From IMG/VR virus record IMGVR_UViG_3300005512_000126, positions 1 to 36,405 of that record: DNA of 36,405 nt, one strand, 5' to 3'. Made by a program: the position numbers and the translations under genes. A model generated the notes under the pieces. It worked only from the letters and a program-made list of their open reading frames with translations, was not told the DNA's origin and ran no database searches. The DNA comes from a virus. Its lineage: Duplodnaviria; Caudoviricetes. Below are positions 7,845-15,234 of this stretch, in pieces. The stretch's first letter is position 1. Each line of letters begins with the position of its first letter.

Positions 7845-8124
7845 TATTTTCTCCAAAAAAGTGAAGGAACATGCAATTGCACATGGCATGGGCTAAATGG
7901 GGTAGCCCACTTTCTTCGTCTCGATACTGGCCACTGCGATAGCTTTCAATATGGCGCATAAGGGCTGCCGTGTACCTAGCTTTAGGATTAGGCACTAGGC
8001 GCCATCCGTTTTCTTCGTATTTCTGAGCGCCCATAGTCAATACTGCAGCCAGGTCTCTCAGGGCCGCGGGGTCGATTAGGTCATACCGTAGTTTCCCTTC
8101 GTCGTATTTGTTTCCCTTGGTCAT
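7588..8124 (-). CDS. DUF5664-family dATP/dGTP diphosphohydrolase with an overprinted C-terminal extension
   Basis: KYDEGKLRYDLI, VLTMGAQKY...GW, RY.AALMRH, DEESGLPHLAHAMCN. The domain ends around residue 92 and the remainder overlaps thyX. Confidence 0.88.
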   Translation of the reverse strand: MTKGNKYDEGKLRYDLIDPAALRDLAAVLTMGAQKYEENGWRLVPNPKARYTAALMRHIESYRSGQYRDEESGLPHLAHAMCNCMFLHFFGENNETTNIRRYQSSATTDDQQAVRPSENRDEPDNECRDRVLRAVLTTFIRILNSSPAHESARACLHDLLDTRGFSQLAGSIDAPSDE

Positions 8125-8148
8125 AATCGCGTTTAGAATAGGGTTAGA

Positions 8149-8181
8149 AAATAGCCATTAAGCCAGGCTTAATGGCTATTT
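8149..8181 (-). terminator. Perfect 15-bp hairpin, probable (bidirectional) terminator
   Basis: AAATAGCCATTAAGC-CAG-GCTTAATGGCTATTT, 42 nt downstream of the stop at 8224. Confidence 0.7.
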
Positions 8182-8216
8182 ATAGCTCTGTTATAGCGCC
8201 GTTATAGCGCCGTTAT
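8179..8216. repeat. 11-bp tandem repeat
   Basis: TTTATAGCTCT GTTATAGCGCC GTTATAGCGCC GTTAT. Confidence 0.7.
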
Positions 8217-8223
8217 TCTCGTA

Positions 8224-8736
8224 TTACAGCAAGTCTTCGTCAGTCTCTTCGATATTGCTATCGTCGTCTGAAGCGACCTCATCCATCAAAGCGCTACAAC
8301 GCTCATATTCAAGGTTCGCGAGCTTGAGGTTAATTTCAGCCAAGTCGCGGCGAAGGGAGGCTTCTTCGCTATCAGCATTGTCTTCTGCGCGTGCAGCGGC
8401 GGAAGTCAGGGCGTTTTCACAGCGAGTCACGCGTTTCCGGGCAGCTTCAAAACGCTCAGCAGGAGTTTTCTTCGACGCAGCCGATGGGCGTGCGGCAACT
8501 CGAGTAGCCTTAAGCTCTTCCGCTTCGCTGTGGGTAGCAACAGACATGATGCCATCTTCATTTGTAACCGGACTCATAGCTACATTCGAATACTTGGCAA
8601 TATTACTCATGGTCGACAGGTAAGAGGCCAGGGAGCCTGCGGTGCACCCAACGGCTTCTTTGATTTCGTCACGAGTGTATTTGCCAGCAGACACCATTTC
8701 GATTACTTGTTCTTGTTTTGATACGTTTTCGCTCAT
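8224..8736 (-). CDS. Hypothetical protein: N-terminal HTH-like domain, coiled coil, acidic tail
   Basis: AAGGAG RBS, own promoter and terminator; KQEQVIEMVSAGKYTRDEIKEAVGCTAGSLASYL resembles an HTH; ends DDDSNIEETDEDLL. Confidence 0.8.
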   Translation of the reverse strand: MSENVSKQEQVIEMVSAGKYTRDEIKEAVGCTAGSLASYLSTMSNIAKYSNVAMSPVTNEDGIMSVATHSEAEELKATRVAARPSAASKKTPAERFEAARKRVTRCENALTSAAARAEDNADSEEASLRRDLAEINLKLANLEYERCSALMDEVASDDDSNIEETDEDLL

Positions 8737-8791
8737 GATATTCTCCTTAAGGATTGAATTTTAGGGACTACCCCTTTAAACAGTATATAGA

Positions 8792-8822
8792 ATTATACGC
8801 TGTTTATCTCTCGTTGTAAACG
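8792..8822 (-). promoter_or_regulatory. Sigma70-type promoter
   Basis: Minus strand CG-TTTACA-N17-TATAAT (-35 at 8815-8820, -10 at 8792-8797). Confidence 0.85.
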
Positions 8823-8894
8823 ATTATTTTGCTTACAACGAGAAATAAATAGCTTTTTAACTCAATTACAGTTTCGTAATCGCTGTACAGAATT

Positions 8895-10070
8895 TTATAC
8901 TTCTAGCCCTTTAAATATTTCACTGGCGGTTCTAAAAGAAATCGCTGGGCGTTTGTCACTTTCCTCCACTAACGTAGGCGACCCTTCTGGTTTTTCTATG
9001 AGACTCTGAAACCGCTCTGAGGCCTTGAAGGACCTATCCAACTTCTCAGCTTTGGCCGGGGATATCAACTTATGCTCAAATATTTCATCGAATTCGAGAC
9101 CATTAGCTAATAAACCCTCTATTGTAGCCTCTTGATCGGCTGCCCATTTTCGTATACTGCGCCCGGCGACTAACTTATATCCTGGCCAGGAATCCCCAGC
9201 TTGGAGCATGTGCTGTATATGTGCCCCAATATCTTTTATATAACGATCCAGCTCCTTAGCTCGCGCGTAAAGCTTTGACAGCTCTTCTTTAGTCACCTGG
9301 TCTGGAATCTTTGCAACAGACGCAAATACATCCGCCGCCGTAGTATTGGCTTTATTGTAGCGAGCTCTGCATTTCATTTTTGCCGGACACCAACGACACG
9401 CTTTAGGCTCTGGATTAAATCGAGGAATATCTCCTACAGCTTCAGTACATCCAGGTATTAAGCGACCGTTAATCCACTGTATGAGCTGTTTAGGGCTTAA
9501 CTCGTGAGTGTCGTAAGAATCCAGACGAGGCTGAATACAATGGATTACTATACTCTCGAACTGCTGTGCGCCTTGGTGATTAACCGCAGCCCCTGCAGCA
9601 TAAGCATAAAGCTGATCGTTATCTTCTGCATACACTGGAACCCCTTGGCCAAACTTCCAGTCAACCACGTGTAATGCCGTGTTGGTCGAAAAAATCAGGT
9701 CGCAGGTTCCTGAGCACTCATATAATGAGGCGTGCCATTCTTTTAAATATACGCGTTTTTCAACCCGCTGGGTAAATCCCGGCTGCCCAGATAGCGAAGC
9801 TTTTAAAATCTCGTAATAATTGTAAGCGTCATTTACGGCATTCATCTGGTCAAGATCCAATTCTGGGCCCTTCCATTCTTTATCTACAATGAGGCTTTCT
9901 ACTCGGGCATGTAACATTGACCCTTCTTCTGCATACGGCGATTGTTGCTCTTCTTGTTCGTCTTCACATTGTTTACCGAACTTATAGCTGCCGGGGCAAG
10001 TGATAATTCGGTGCAGTCTCGATGGGCTTAACGGAGCGTGTTCATTTGGCGGAAACATAATTATCCTCAT
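8895..10070 (-). CDS. DUF2800-family PD-(D/E)XK (Cas4-like) exonuclease
   Basis: HAPLSPS...R...CPGS, AEEGSMLH, GTCD, VVDWKFGQG, QL..YA, IQPR, CRWCPAKMKC, GYKLV.GRS.RKW, KP.G.PTLV..SDKRPAI. The start may be ATG 10058. Confidence 0.9.
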   Translation of the reverse strand: MRIIMFPPNEHAPLSPSRLHRIITCPGSYKFGKQCEDEQEEQQSPYAEEGSMLHARVESLIVDKEWKGPELDLDQMNAVNDAYNYYEILKASLSGQPGFTQRVEKRVYLKEWHASLYECSGTCDLIFSTNTALHVVDWKFGQGVPVYAEDNDQLYAYAAGAAVNHQGAQQFESIVIHCIQPRLDSYDTHELSPKQLIQWINGRLIPGCTEAVGDIPRFNPEPKACRWCPAKMKCRARYNKANTTAADVFASVAKIPDQVTKEELSKLYARAKELDRYIKDIGAHIQHMLQAGDSWPGYKLVAGRSIRKWAADQEATIEGLLANGLEFDEIFEHKLISPAKAEKLDRSFKASERFQSLIEKPEGSPTLVEESDKRPAISFRTASEIFKGLEV

Positions 10071-10233
10071 AGTAGCTTAAAATTTTATTTATAGTCTGGG
10101 CCGGGCTATCAAACCCAGTAGCAACCTGGCCTAAACGCATATACAGCTCGACGGGTACCCTAATTATCTGGGACTTAGCATTTCTCTTTTTCGAATACTC
10201 GCGATGGTAAGCTTTTAATTCGTCTTCAGTCAT
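10042..10233 (-). CDS. Small protein, possible ribbon-helix-helix DNA-binding protein
   Basis: GGAG RBS; QIIRVPVELYMRLGQVA....SPAQTINKIL fits the RHH strand-helix-helix pattern. Confidence 0.65.
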   Translation of the reverse strand: MTEDELKAYHREYSKKRNAKSQIIRVPVELYMRLGQVATGFDSPAQTINKILSYYEDNYVSAK

Positions 10234-10236
10234 ATT

Positions 10237-10455
10237 TTAGGCTCCTATTAAATGGCTTTTTTTAAACGGTGTCCAACCTTCCACATGATTTGCTGCAGTT
10301 TTGACTGTTTTACCTTTCCGTTCCTCTTTGGAAATCCACCGGCGAACCGCAGCTTGGTCTTTGCTTAGGCCGTTGTATTTACCAGGCTGACCGTCTTCTC
10401 TATGAAAATAGCGGTCATACTTCGTGTCGTACCTTAAAAAATTCGTGCTGTCCAT
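10237..10455 (-). CDS. Hypothetical protein (72 aa)
   Basis: AGGAGG RBS; sits within the operon. Confidence 0.75.
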   Translation of the reverse strand: MDSTNFLRYDTKYDRYFHREDGQPGKYNGLSKDQAAVRRWISKEERKGKTVKTAANHVEGWTPFKKSHLIGA

Positions 10456-10469
10456 CTCAACCTCCTGTT

Positions 10470-10715
10470 TTATTTATGCCATCTCTGGGCTATAGTAGAG
10501 CGGTATCCGAAAAAATACCCTCGTTTATATACCTGAGCTTCATACATCCTGTCGTATAGGAGTTGTTCTTCTGCCCAGGACAGCTGCACTTCTTTTACCG
10601 GGCCTAATTCTTGGCGCGTATTTGCGTACTTGGATCGTCGCATCATGGGCACGCCTAGCGAAGGGGCTGCGGATTTAACTTGATTAGTGTCGACAGCTAT
10701 ATCTAATGTCAGCAT
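10470..10715 (-). CDS. Hypothetical protein (81 aa)
   Basis: AGGAGG RBS supports ATG 10715 (MLTLDIA); the longer ORF-track start overlaps the promoter. Confidence 0.75.
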   Translation of the reverse strand: MLTLDIAVDTNQVKSAAPSLGVPMMRRSKYANTRQELGPVKEVQLSWAEEQLLYDRMYEAQVYKRGYFFGYRSTIAQRWHK

Positions 10716-10766
10716 GGAACCTCCTGTTTTACTGAACTCTGAACTTCTTTTAAACCCTACAATTAT

Positions 10767-10797
10767 ATTATAACACAATAATTATATTCCGTAAACG
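10767..10797 (-). promoter_or_regulatory. Sigma70-type promoter
   Basis: Minus strand CG-TTTACG-N17-TATAAT (-35 at 10790-10795, -10 at 10767-10772). Confidence 0.8.
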
Positions 10798-10888
10798 ATA
10801 AAACGCACCAAGCTCAAGCTTTAAGCGAGTTTTACAAGGCATATTAGATTTCAGAAATACAGGGGTTCAGGCGGAGTTTCGGTTTAAG

Positions 10889-13315
10889 CTATACCATATC
10901 TTTCTCGAATGGCGCTTCTTTGGCGCGTAATGGCGGCATAACATAGCCAGACTGCTTTACTTTACCATGACTTCTATATTTAGCCATTCCATATTCGATT
11001 GTCCAGTTTCCGTAGGGTATAAAGTTTTTCATCGTCCCTGACCACTTGCCAATTTGGCGTTGCAGAATATGCTTTAGAGCGGCCGACGAGGGCTTTTCAC
11101 CGGTGGCTAGATATATGGCTTCAGATATATCTTTTAATTTGTGTAACTTCGCATAGTCTATATTGCCAGAGCTCCTTGTATACAGCTCAATGTCGAATTC
11201 CGCGCTGAAGTCGTATACTTCATGTATCTGTAAGTCTCCTCCCGACTGTAATCCTCGCTCGCTGTAATTCATGTCGTTGGTCAAAGCCTCTTCTTCTTGG
11301 CTGAGTTTCCATAAGTCTGGTTGCTCTCGCTTAGCGGTGGCCAGGAACTCATTGAGCAATTCTTGGTATACCTTGACCATAGGGATTTTAGCTTGTGTTG
11401 AGGTGTCGCAAAACTTTACCGGTATAACTTGTATGCGCCGGTTGCCGTTACTCGATATCTCGAGCTCCTGGGCATTAGTGGTTCCGAAAAATATACATTT
11501 TCTAGGTACTTGTACTGGCCTCTGTGCATACAGCGGTCGATATGCATCATGAGACTGAACTAAAAAGCTCTTCAGCACTCCATCAGCGTTCTTCATAAAC
11601 TTATTACCGCTGATAAAGGCTTCAATTTCGTCCTTCAGCCATATTTGGCATACTCCAGCTTCCAAAGATACTTCTTTGGCGCTTTTGGTTAACTCAGCCT
11701 GACTAGGAAATATGTATCCGCGTAGCGCCGGCGTGAGTAGCTGGGTAATCCAAGTGGACTTTCTAGTATTCTCTCCTCCCTGTAGTATAACTACCCCCGT
11801 ACTCTGGCCATACTCTCCCTTGTAATAATGCGCTCTAATAATGCCCATGAGATTTTTCTTCATATATGAACGATACAGCGGTTCCATCGGCCGGTCATGA
11901 GGGTGCAGTTCCAGAGTTTCCCACAAGGCTTGAAACCAACTAGGACCCGAGCTGGGCAAAGGATCCGTTGCTTGGGCTTCGTCAATCCATTCTTTGATCG
12001 GATTATATTGTTCCGCCCCTTGGTTTATAAGCCATTTTGTCGCTGTATTGGCTTGTTGGGCCGTAGCTTTATTAATCCCGTTGGACTGGGCGAAATAATG
12101 GATATCACTTTCAATGGCTGAGCGGTCTAAATAGAGCTGTTTGAAGTACCTATCGGTAATCTGTTTAGGCCCGTGTATGCGATAGTCCTTCGTAATTTCG
12201 TTCTGCTGTACTTCGAGACTAAATTGGGCTATCAGGGCTTCCCAATTTAACAGCGACGTGGCGTCTGGTATGTCGGATATTATCATCTTTCCGTCTTTTC
12301 CTTTGACCATAACCGGTTCTGGCCAGATGGGTTTAACGGCAGACGCTAGACGAATCAGCGTCAGGTGCGTGAGATCGTGCCCGTCATATTTCGGTGCGTT
12401 ATCTCTGTACTTCTGCCTTATGGTCTGTTCTCCGTCGTTGCTACCCCGCAGCGACCATTCTACGAACAGGTCTTCTCCTTCCTGGGTCATGGCTAACGCT
12501 TTTGCTGCGTAGTGTACAGCCGCCGCCATATATTGCCAGTGCATATAGTCTTCAGGGCTAGTTATCGGAGGATTGAAACTGGCATATGCACGATTCATAA
12601 GGGGCTGTAACGGCGATTCTGACAGGTTAGGCGGAATTTTGGTTAGCCACGTCTCTAACTGCGCCAGCGTATATGTCGGCTGAGATAACCCAGTTTTCTC
12701 AGGTTTGAGGCTAGACAGCGGAGTAGGCACTCTATGGCTTTTCAGAGCCATAGATTCTATCAAGTTTGGCGAAATCTCCGATACAGACGCTGTGCTTATA
12801 GGGTGCATATGTCCCGTAACTGTTACAAACTGATTCCGGATAAAGACGCTACCTTTAAAATCATTAGTTGCTTTATCTTGGTCTTTACGATGGGCTAACC
12901 CCTGCTTGTCAGTTAAATAATAAATATGCAAGCCCTGACCAGAGGGAGAGATTTCTACATATGTCGGTTTCACGTCTAGCAGCGTTTTTATCATTAGGGG
13001 TAAATCATCTACGGTACAATTTTGGGGTAGATGGTCTACATCGATACAAATCAACTTATCATTCGGTGTTAAGCACAGCCCAAAGTACTGGCCAGTGGTG
13101 AGCGCAGATGAAACTACGCTGAAAGGCTTCATATTGGAAGGCGATCTAGGACCGCCCACCGGCCTTTTAGCGGTCGTTATTACGGCTCCTAATGGGTCTG
13201 TTGATCCCGGGATATAGCAAGGGTTCCACTGGTCCAATGCTTTCAAGGCATGTGGGATGGCTGTGAAGCTCCACTTTTTAGGGGCGGGATTAGCCTCATT
13301 AGTTTCAGTATTCAT
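10889..13315 (-). CDS. AEP primase-polymerase / PriCT-2-like / VapE-family helicase fusion
   Basis: AEP motifs ICIDVD, YVEISPSGQGLH and FVTVTG; PriCT-like Y.HW......H.......F.EWS; VapE P-loop ILQGGENTRKSTW, KDEIE, D.YRPLY...PRKCIFFGTTN...GNRR. GGAGG RBS supports ATG 13315. Confidence 0.9.
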   Translation of the reverse strand: MNTETNEANPAPKKWSFTAIPHALKALDQWNPCYIPGSTDPLGAVITTAKRPVGGPRSPSNMKPFSVVSSALTTGQYFGLCLTPNDKLICIDVDHLPQNCTVDDLPLMIKTLLDVKPTYVEISPSGQGLHIYYLTDKQGLAHRKDQDKATNDFKGSVFIRNQFVTVTGHMHPISTASVSEISPNLIESMALKSHRVPTPLSSLKPEKTGLSQPTYTLAQLETWLTKIPPNLSESPLQPLMNRAYASFNPPITSPEDYMHWQYMAAAVHYAAKALAMTQEGEDLFVEWSLRGSNDGEQTIRQKYRDNAPKYDGHDLTHLTLIRLASAVKPIWPEPVMVKGKDGKMIISDIPDATSLLNWEALIAQFSLEVQQNEITKDYRIHGPKQITDRYFKQLYLDRSAIESDIHYFAQSNGINKATAQQANTATKWLINQGAEQYNPIKEWIDEAQATDPLPSSGPSWFQALWETLELHPHDRPMEPLYRSYMKKNLMGIIRAHYYKGEYGQSTGVVILQGGENTRKSTWITQLLTPALRGYIFPSQAELTKSAKEVSLEAGVCQIWLKDEIEAFISGNKFMKNADGVLKSFLVQSHDAYRPLYAQRPVQVPRKCIFFGTTNAQELEISSNGNRRIQVIPVKFCDTSTQAKIPMVKVYQELLNEFLATAKREQPDLWKLSQEEEALTNDMNYSERGLQSGGDLQIHEVYDFSAEFDIELYTRSSGNIDYAKLHKLKDISEAIYLATGEKPSSAALKHILQRQIGKWSGTMKNFIPYGNWTIEYGMAKYRSHGKVKQSGYVMPPLRAKEAPFEKDMV

Positions 13316-13527
13316 TAGGCAAGTGCCTCCAGTACTTCGGGGATTGACCACCGGGACAATCGAGCTTGGCTTGTGTAATAACGGATTGCTCCTATAGTAA
13401 CGTTGAAATGCTGCGCAATTTGTAGTTCTGGGACTCTCGCGTAGTACAATGTCTGAATTTGTTGTACTTGTTCATCAGTTAATTTGCGTCTTTTGTCTGG
13501 TATTTCGCTGGGCGTTTTATTAGCCAT
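13315..13527 (-). CDS. Small helix-turn-helix protein (70 aa)
   Basis: GGAGG RBS; KLTDEQVQQIQTLYYARVPELQIAQHFNVTIGAIRYY; TAATG coupling to the primase gene. Confidence 0.8.
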   Translation of the reverse strand: MANKTPSEIPDKRRKLTDEQVQQIQTLYYARVPELQIAQHFNVTIGAIRYYTSQARLSRWSIPEVLEALA

Positions 13528-13578
13528 TGGGTCCTCCAAAAGGCTTGGGTTGTTGATTTTCCTTAATCGTATAAAATA

Positions 13579-13609
13579 ATTATAGTATACAAAAAAGAGT
13601 TTGTAAACG
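13579..13609 (-). promoter_or_regulatory. Sigma70-type promoter for the HTH-primase operon
   Basis: Minus strand CG-TTTACA-N17-TATAAT (-35 at 13602-13607, -10 at 13579-13584). Confidence 0.85.
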
Positions 13610-13620
13610 CTTTTTTTATA

Positions 13621-13763
13621 TAATGAAATCAGCTACTTATGAATAGGGTAGAAAAAGAGAGCTTTTTTTCGTAATAAAATCAGCTACTTATAGGCTCAAA
13701 ATTTCAATTACTTCTACGCGTTTAAAAAGGTTTTTCCGGCGTCGTAAGTACTTGTTTTTATTA
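13621..13763. promoter_or_regulatory. Three IHF-consensus-like sites
   Basis: TAATGAAATCAGCTACTTA (13621-13639) and TAATAAAATCAGCTACTTA (13672-13690) match WATCARNNNNTTR exactly; an inverted TAATAAAAACAAGTACTTA (13745-13763) has one mismatch. Confidence 0.65.
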
Positions 13764-13960
13764 AGTAATCGGAAATCTTTAGGTTTTAGGTAGGCCTGTT
13801 TGCAAAGCCTTATATATACGAAGGGGCCTATTCTATATATATTTAAAATACGTATTTCCTATATACCTATATTATTTATAAATATATGAAAATACTAACT
13901 TTTTTCTTGTGGTTTTGGTCGGATTTTCTACCTATAACCCCTTTCTACCTAAATTACATA
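13640..13960. other. Putative replication origin
   Basis: Non-coding AT-rich core (about 13810-13910) with (T)AGG(G)TAG motifs on the left and TTTCTACCTA twice (13925, 13942) on the right; adjacent to IHF-like sites and the primase-helicase operon. Confidence 0.5.
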
Positions 13961-14003
13961 TCTATGACCAAAATCGAGCCCTGAGCTGCTGAGAACATCC
14001 CTC

Positions 14004-14106
14004 TGGCCGAGCTGGAGACGCTGTGGCTATCTTCTTGGCCAAGCTGGAGACGCTCTGATACTGCAATACTCTGATACTGCAATACTCTGATACTGCAATA
14101 CTCTGA
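14004..14106. repeat. 16-bp tandem array preceded by a 19-bp direct repeat
   Basis: TGGCC(G/A)AGCTGGAGACGCT at 14004 and 14036 (32-bp spacing); CTCTGATACTGCAATA three times plus CTCTGA (14053-14106). Confidence 0.9.
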
Positions 14107-14220
14107 CACCCAGGCAAGCAGTGCGGCTATTCACCATGGTCAGGAGCCTCTGTTTTAGAGCCACGCAATTCGGAAAATCTTCGTACGGGCCAGTAGGCAT
14201 ACAGCCTATAGTATGAGGTA

Positions 14221-14333
14221 CTCAGGCGGACAGGCTAGGGCTCTCAGGCTAGGGCTCTCAGGCTAGGGCTCTCAGGCGGACAGGCTAGGGCTCTCAGGCG
14301 GACAGGCTAGGGCTCTCAGGCGGACAGGCTAGG
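14221..14333. repeat. Compound 22/14-bp tandem array
   Basis: L=CTCAGGCGGACAGGCTAGGGCT, S=CTCAGGCTAGGGCT; order L-S-S-L-L-L(partial). Confidence 0.92.
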
Positions 14334-14377
14334 ATAGTTTGGTGGGGGTATTAAGGTGGGTAATATGCCAGAGCTTC

Positions 14378-14415
14378 AAAAAAGTACCCCGCAGCGGCTT
14401 TCACCGAGCGGGGTA
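14378..14415 (-). terminator. Rho-independent terminator
   Basis: TACCCCGC...GCGGGGTA stem followed by T6 on the minus strand, downstream of the 14483-14800 gene. Confidence 0.8.
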
Positions 14416-14482
14416 GAATCTCAATAACAGCTAGCGCCGTACACGAAGTAGGCTATTAGAGCCACTGTATATACATAGTGCA

Positions 14483-14800
14483 TTACTTAGCTATCGGATT
14501 GTATGTGTCAGTACCTGCCACACGTTTGCCAACGATACCGATCGTCTCATGCGTGGAGTCAACATATTCAACTCTCCAATCGCTTTTCGACCAGCAATGC
14601 GTCTTGACCGACGCGAAGCTGTTCTTGACTTTCTCTTCGGGTCGTGGGTCATTTGGGTAAAGCATTTCAATTGCATCCACAACTCTCATGCTATACCCAT
14701 CGGCCTGAGACAGGGCGTTTAACAGTTGTTCGTGCTTGGCTGCTCCGCCGGCGTTGCCTGCTACTTTCGTTTCTTTTGTATTAATTTTGATGTCTTTCAT
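14483..14800 (-). CDS. Hypothetical protein (105 aa), possible winged helix
   Basis: AAGGAGG RBS and own terminator; helix-helix-helix-beta pattern (KHEQLLNAL...MRVVDAIEML...KVKNSFASVK...WRVEY...TIGIV). Confidence 0.8.
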   Translation of the reverse strand: MKDIKINTKETKVAGNAGGAAKHEQLLNALSQADGYSMRVVDAIEMLYPNDPRPEEKVKNSFASVKTHCWSKSDWRVEYVDSTHETIGIVGKRVAGTDTYNPIAK

Positions 14801-14864
14801 AGTGACCTCCTTGGTCGGTTAGTAGGTACGATATGTACCAATAAAAAAAATAAAATCAAAAGAA

Positions 14865-14933
14865 TTAGATAGAAACCATGAACGATATTATCATGGTCAT
14901 CCATGCTATGCATGTGATTATGGCTCTTATCAT
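14865..14933 (-). CDS. Putative 22-aa single-transmembrane micropeptide
   Basis: MIRAIITCIAWMTMIISFMVSI*; ATG overlaps the TGA of the upstream ORF (ATGA). Confidence 0.45.
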   Translation of the reverse strand: MIRAIITCIAWMTMIISFMVSI

Positions 14934-15061
14934 TTGCGGTACTCTTTAATACGATTGTCGCTGACTGCGCTCTTGATGTGCTCAGCGATGCAGCGTGATA
15001 CGAAGTCTTCTATGAATTGTACAGCGTCCTTAGCCTCTTTGTCACTTAGCTCGATAGTCAT
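14930..15061 (-). CDS. Small hypothetical protein (43 aa)
   Basis: AAAGGAG RBS; MTIELSDKEAKDAVQFIEDFVSRCIAEHIKSAVSDNRIKEYRK*; below the ORF-track length cutoff. Confidence 0.65.
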   Translation of the reverse strand: MTIELSDKEAKDAVQFIEDFVSRCIAEHIKSAVSDNRIKEYRK

Positions 15062-15234
15062 GTCTTGTCTCCTTTGAAGTTGGTTGGCTGGTGTGATACA
15101 TACGATAAAAAAAGAAAATCAAAAGCGAAGAACAACAGAAGCGCCGGCACTTCATGCTATTTCGTGGGAAAGTCTAGAAAGGGCCCTCGGGGGAAAAACG
15201 GTCGTCCGATTCGTAGTGATAGTCTACACACCTA

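Noticed and set aside
6466-8124. Z-genome (2-aminoadenine) or 7-deazaguanine pathway
   Set aside because: No PurZ, HD-domain DatZ, DpdA or FolE/Que genes are in the window, and DUF5664 alone is not diagnostic.
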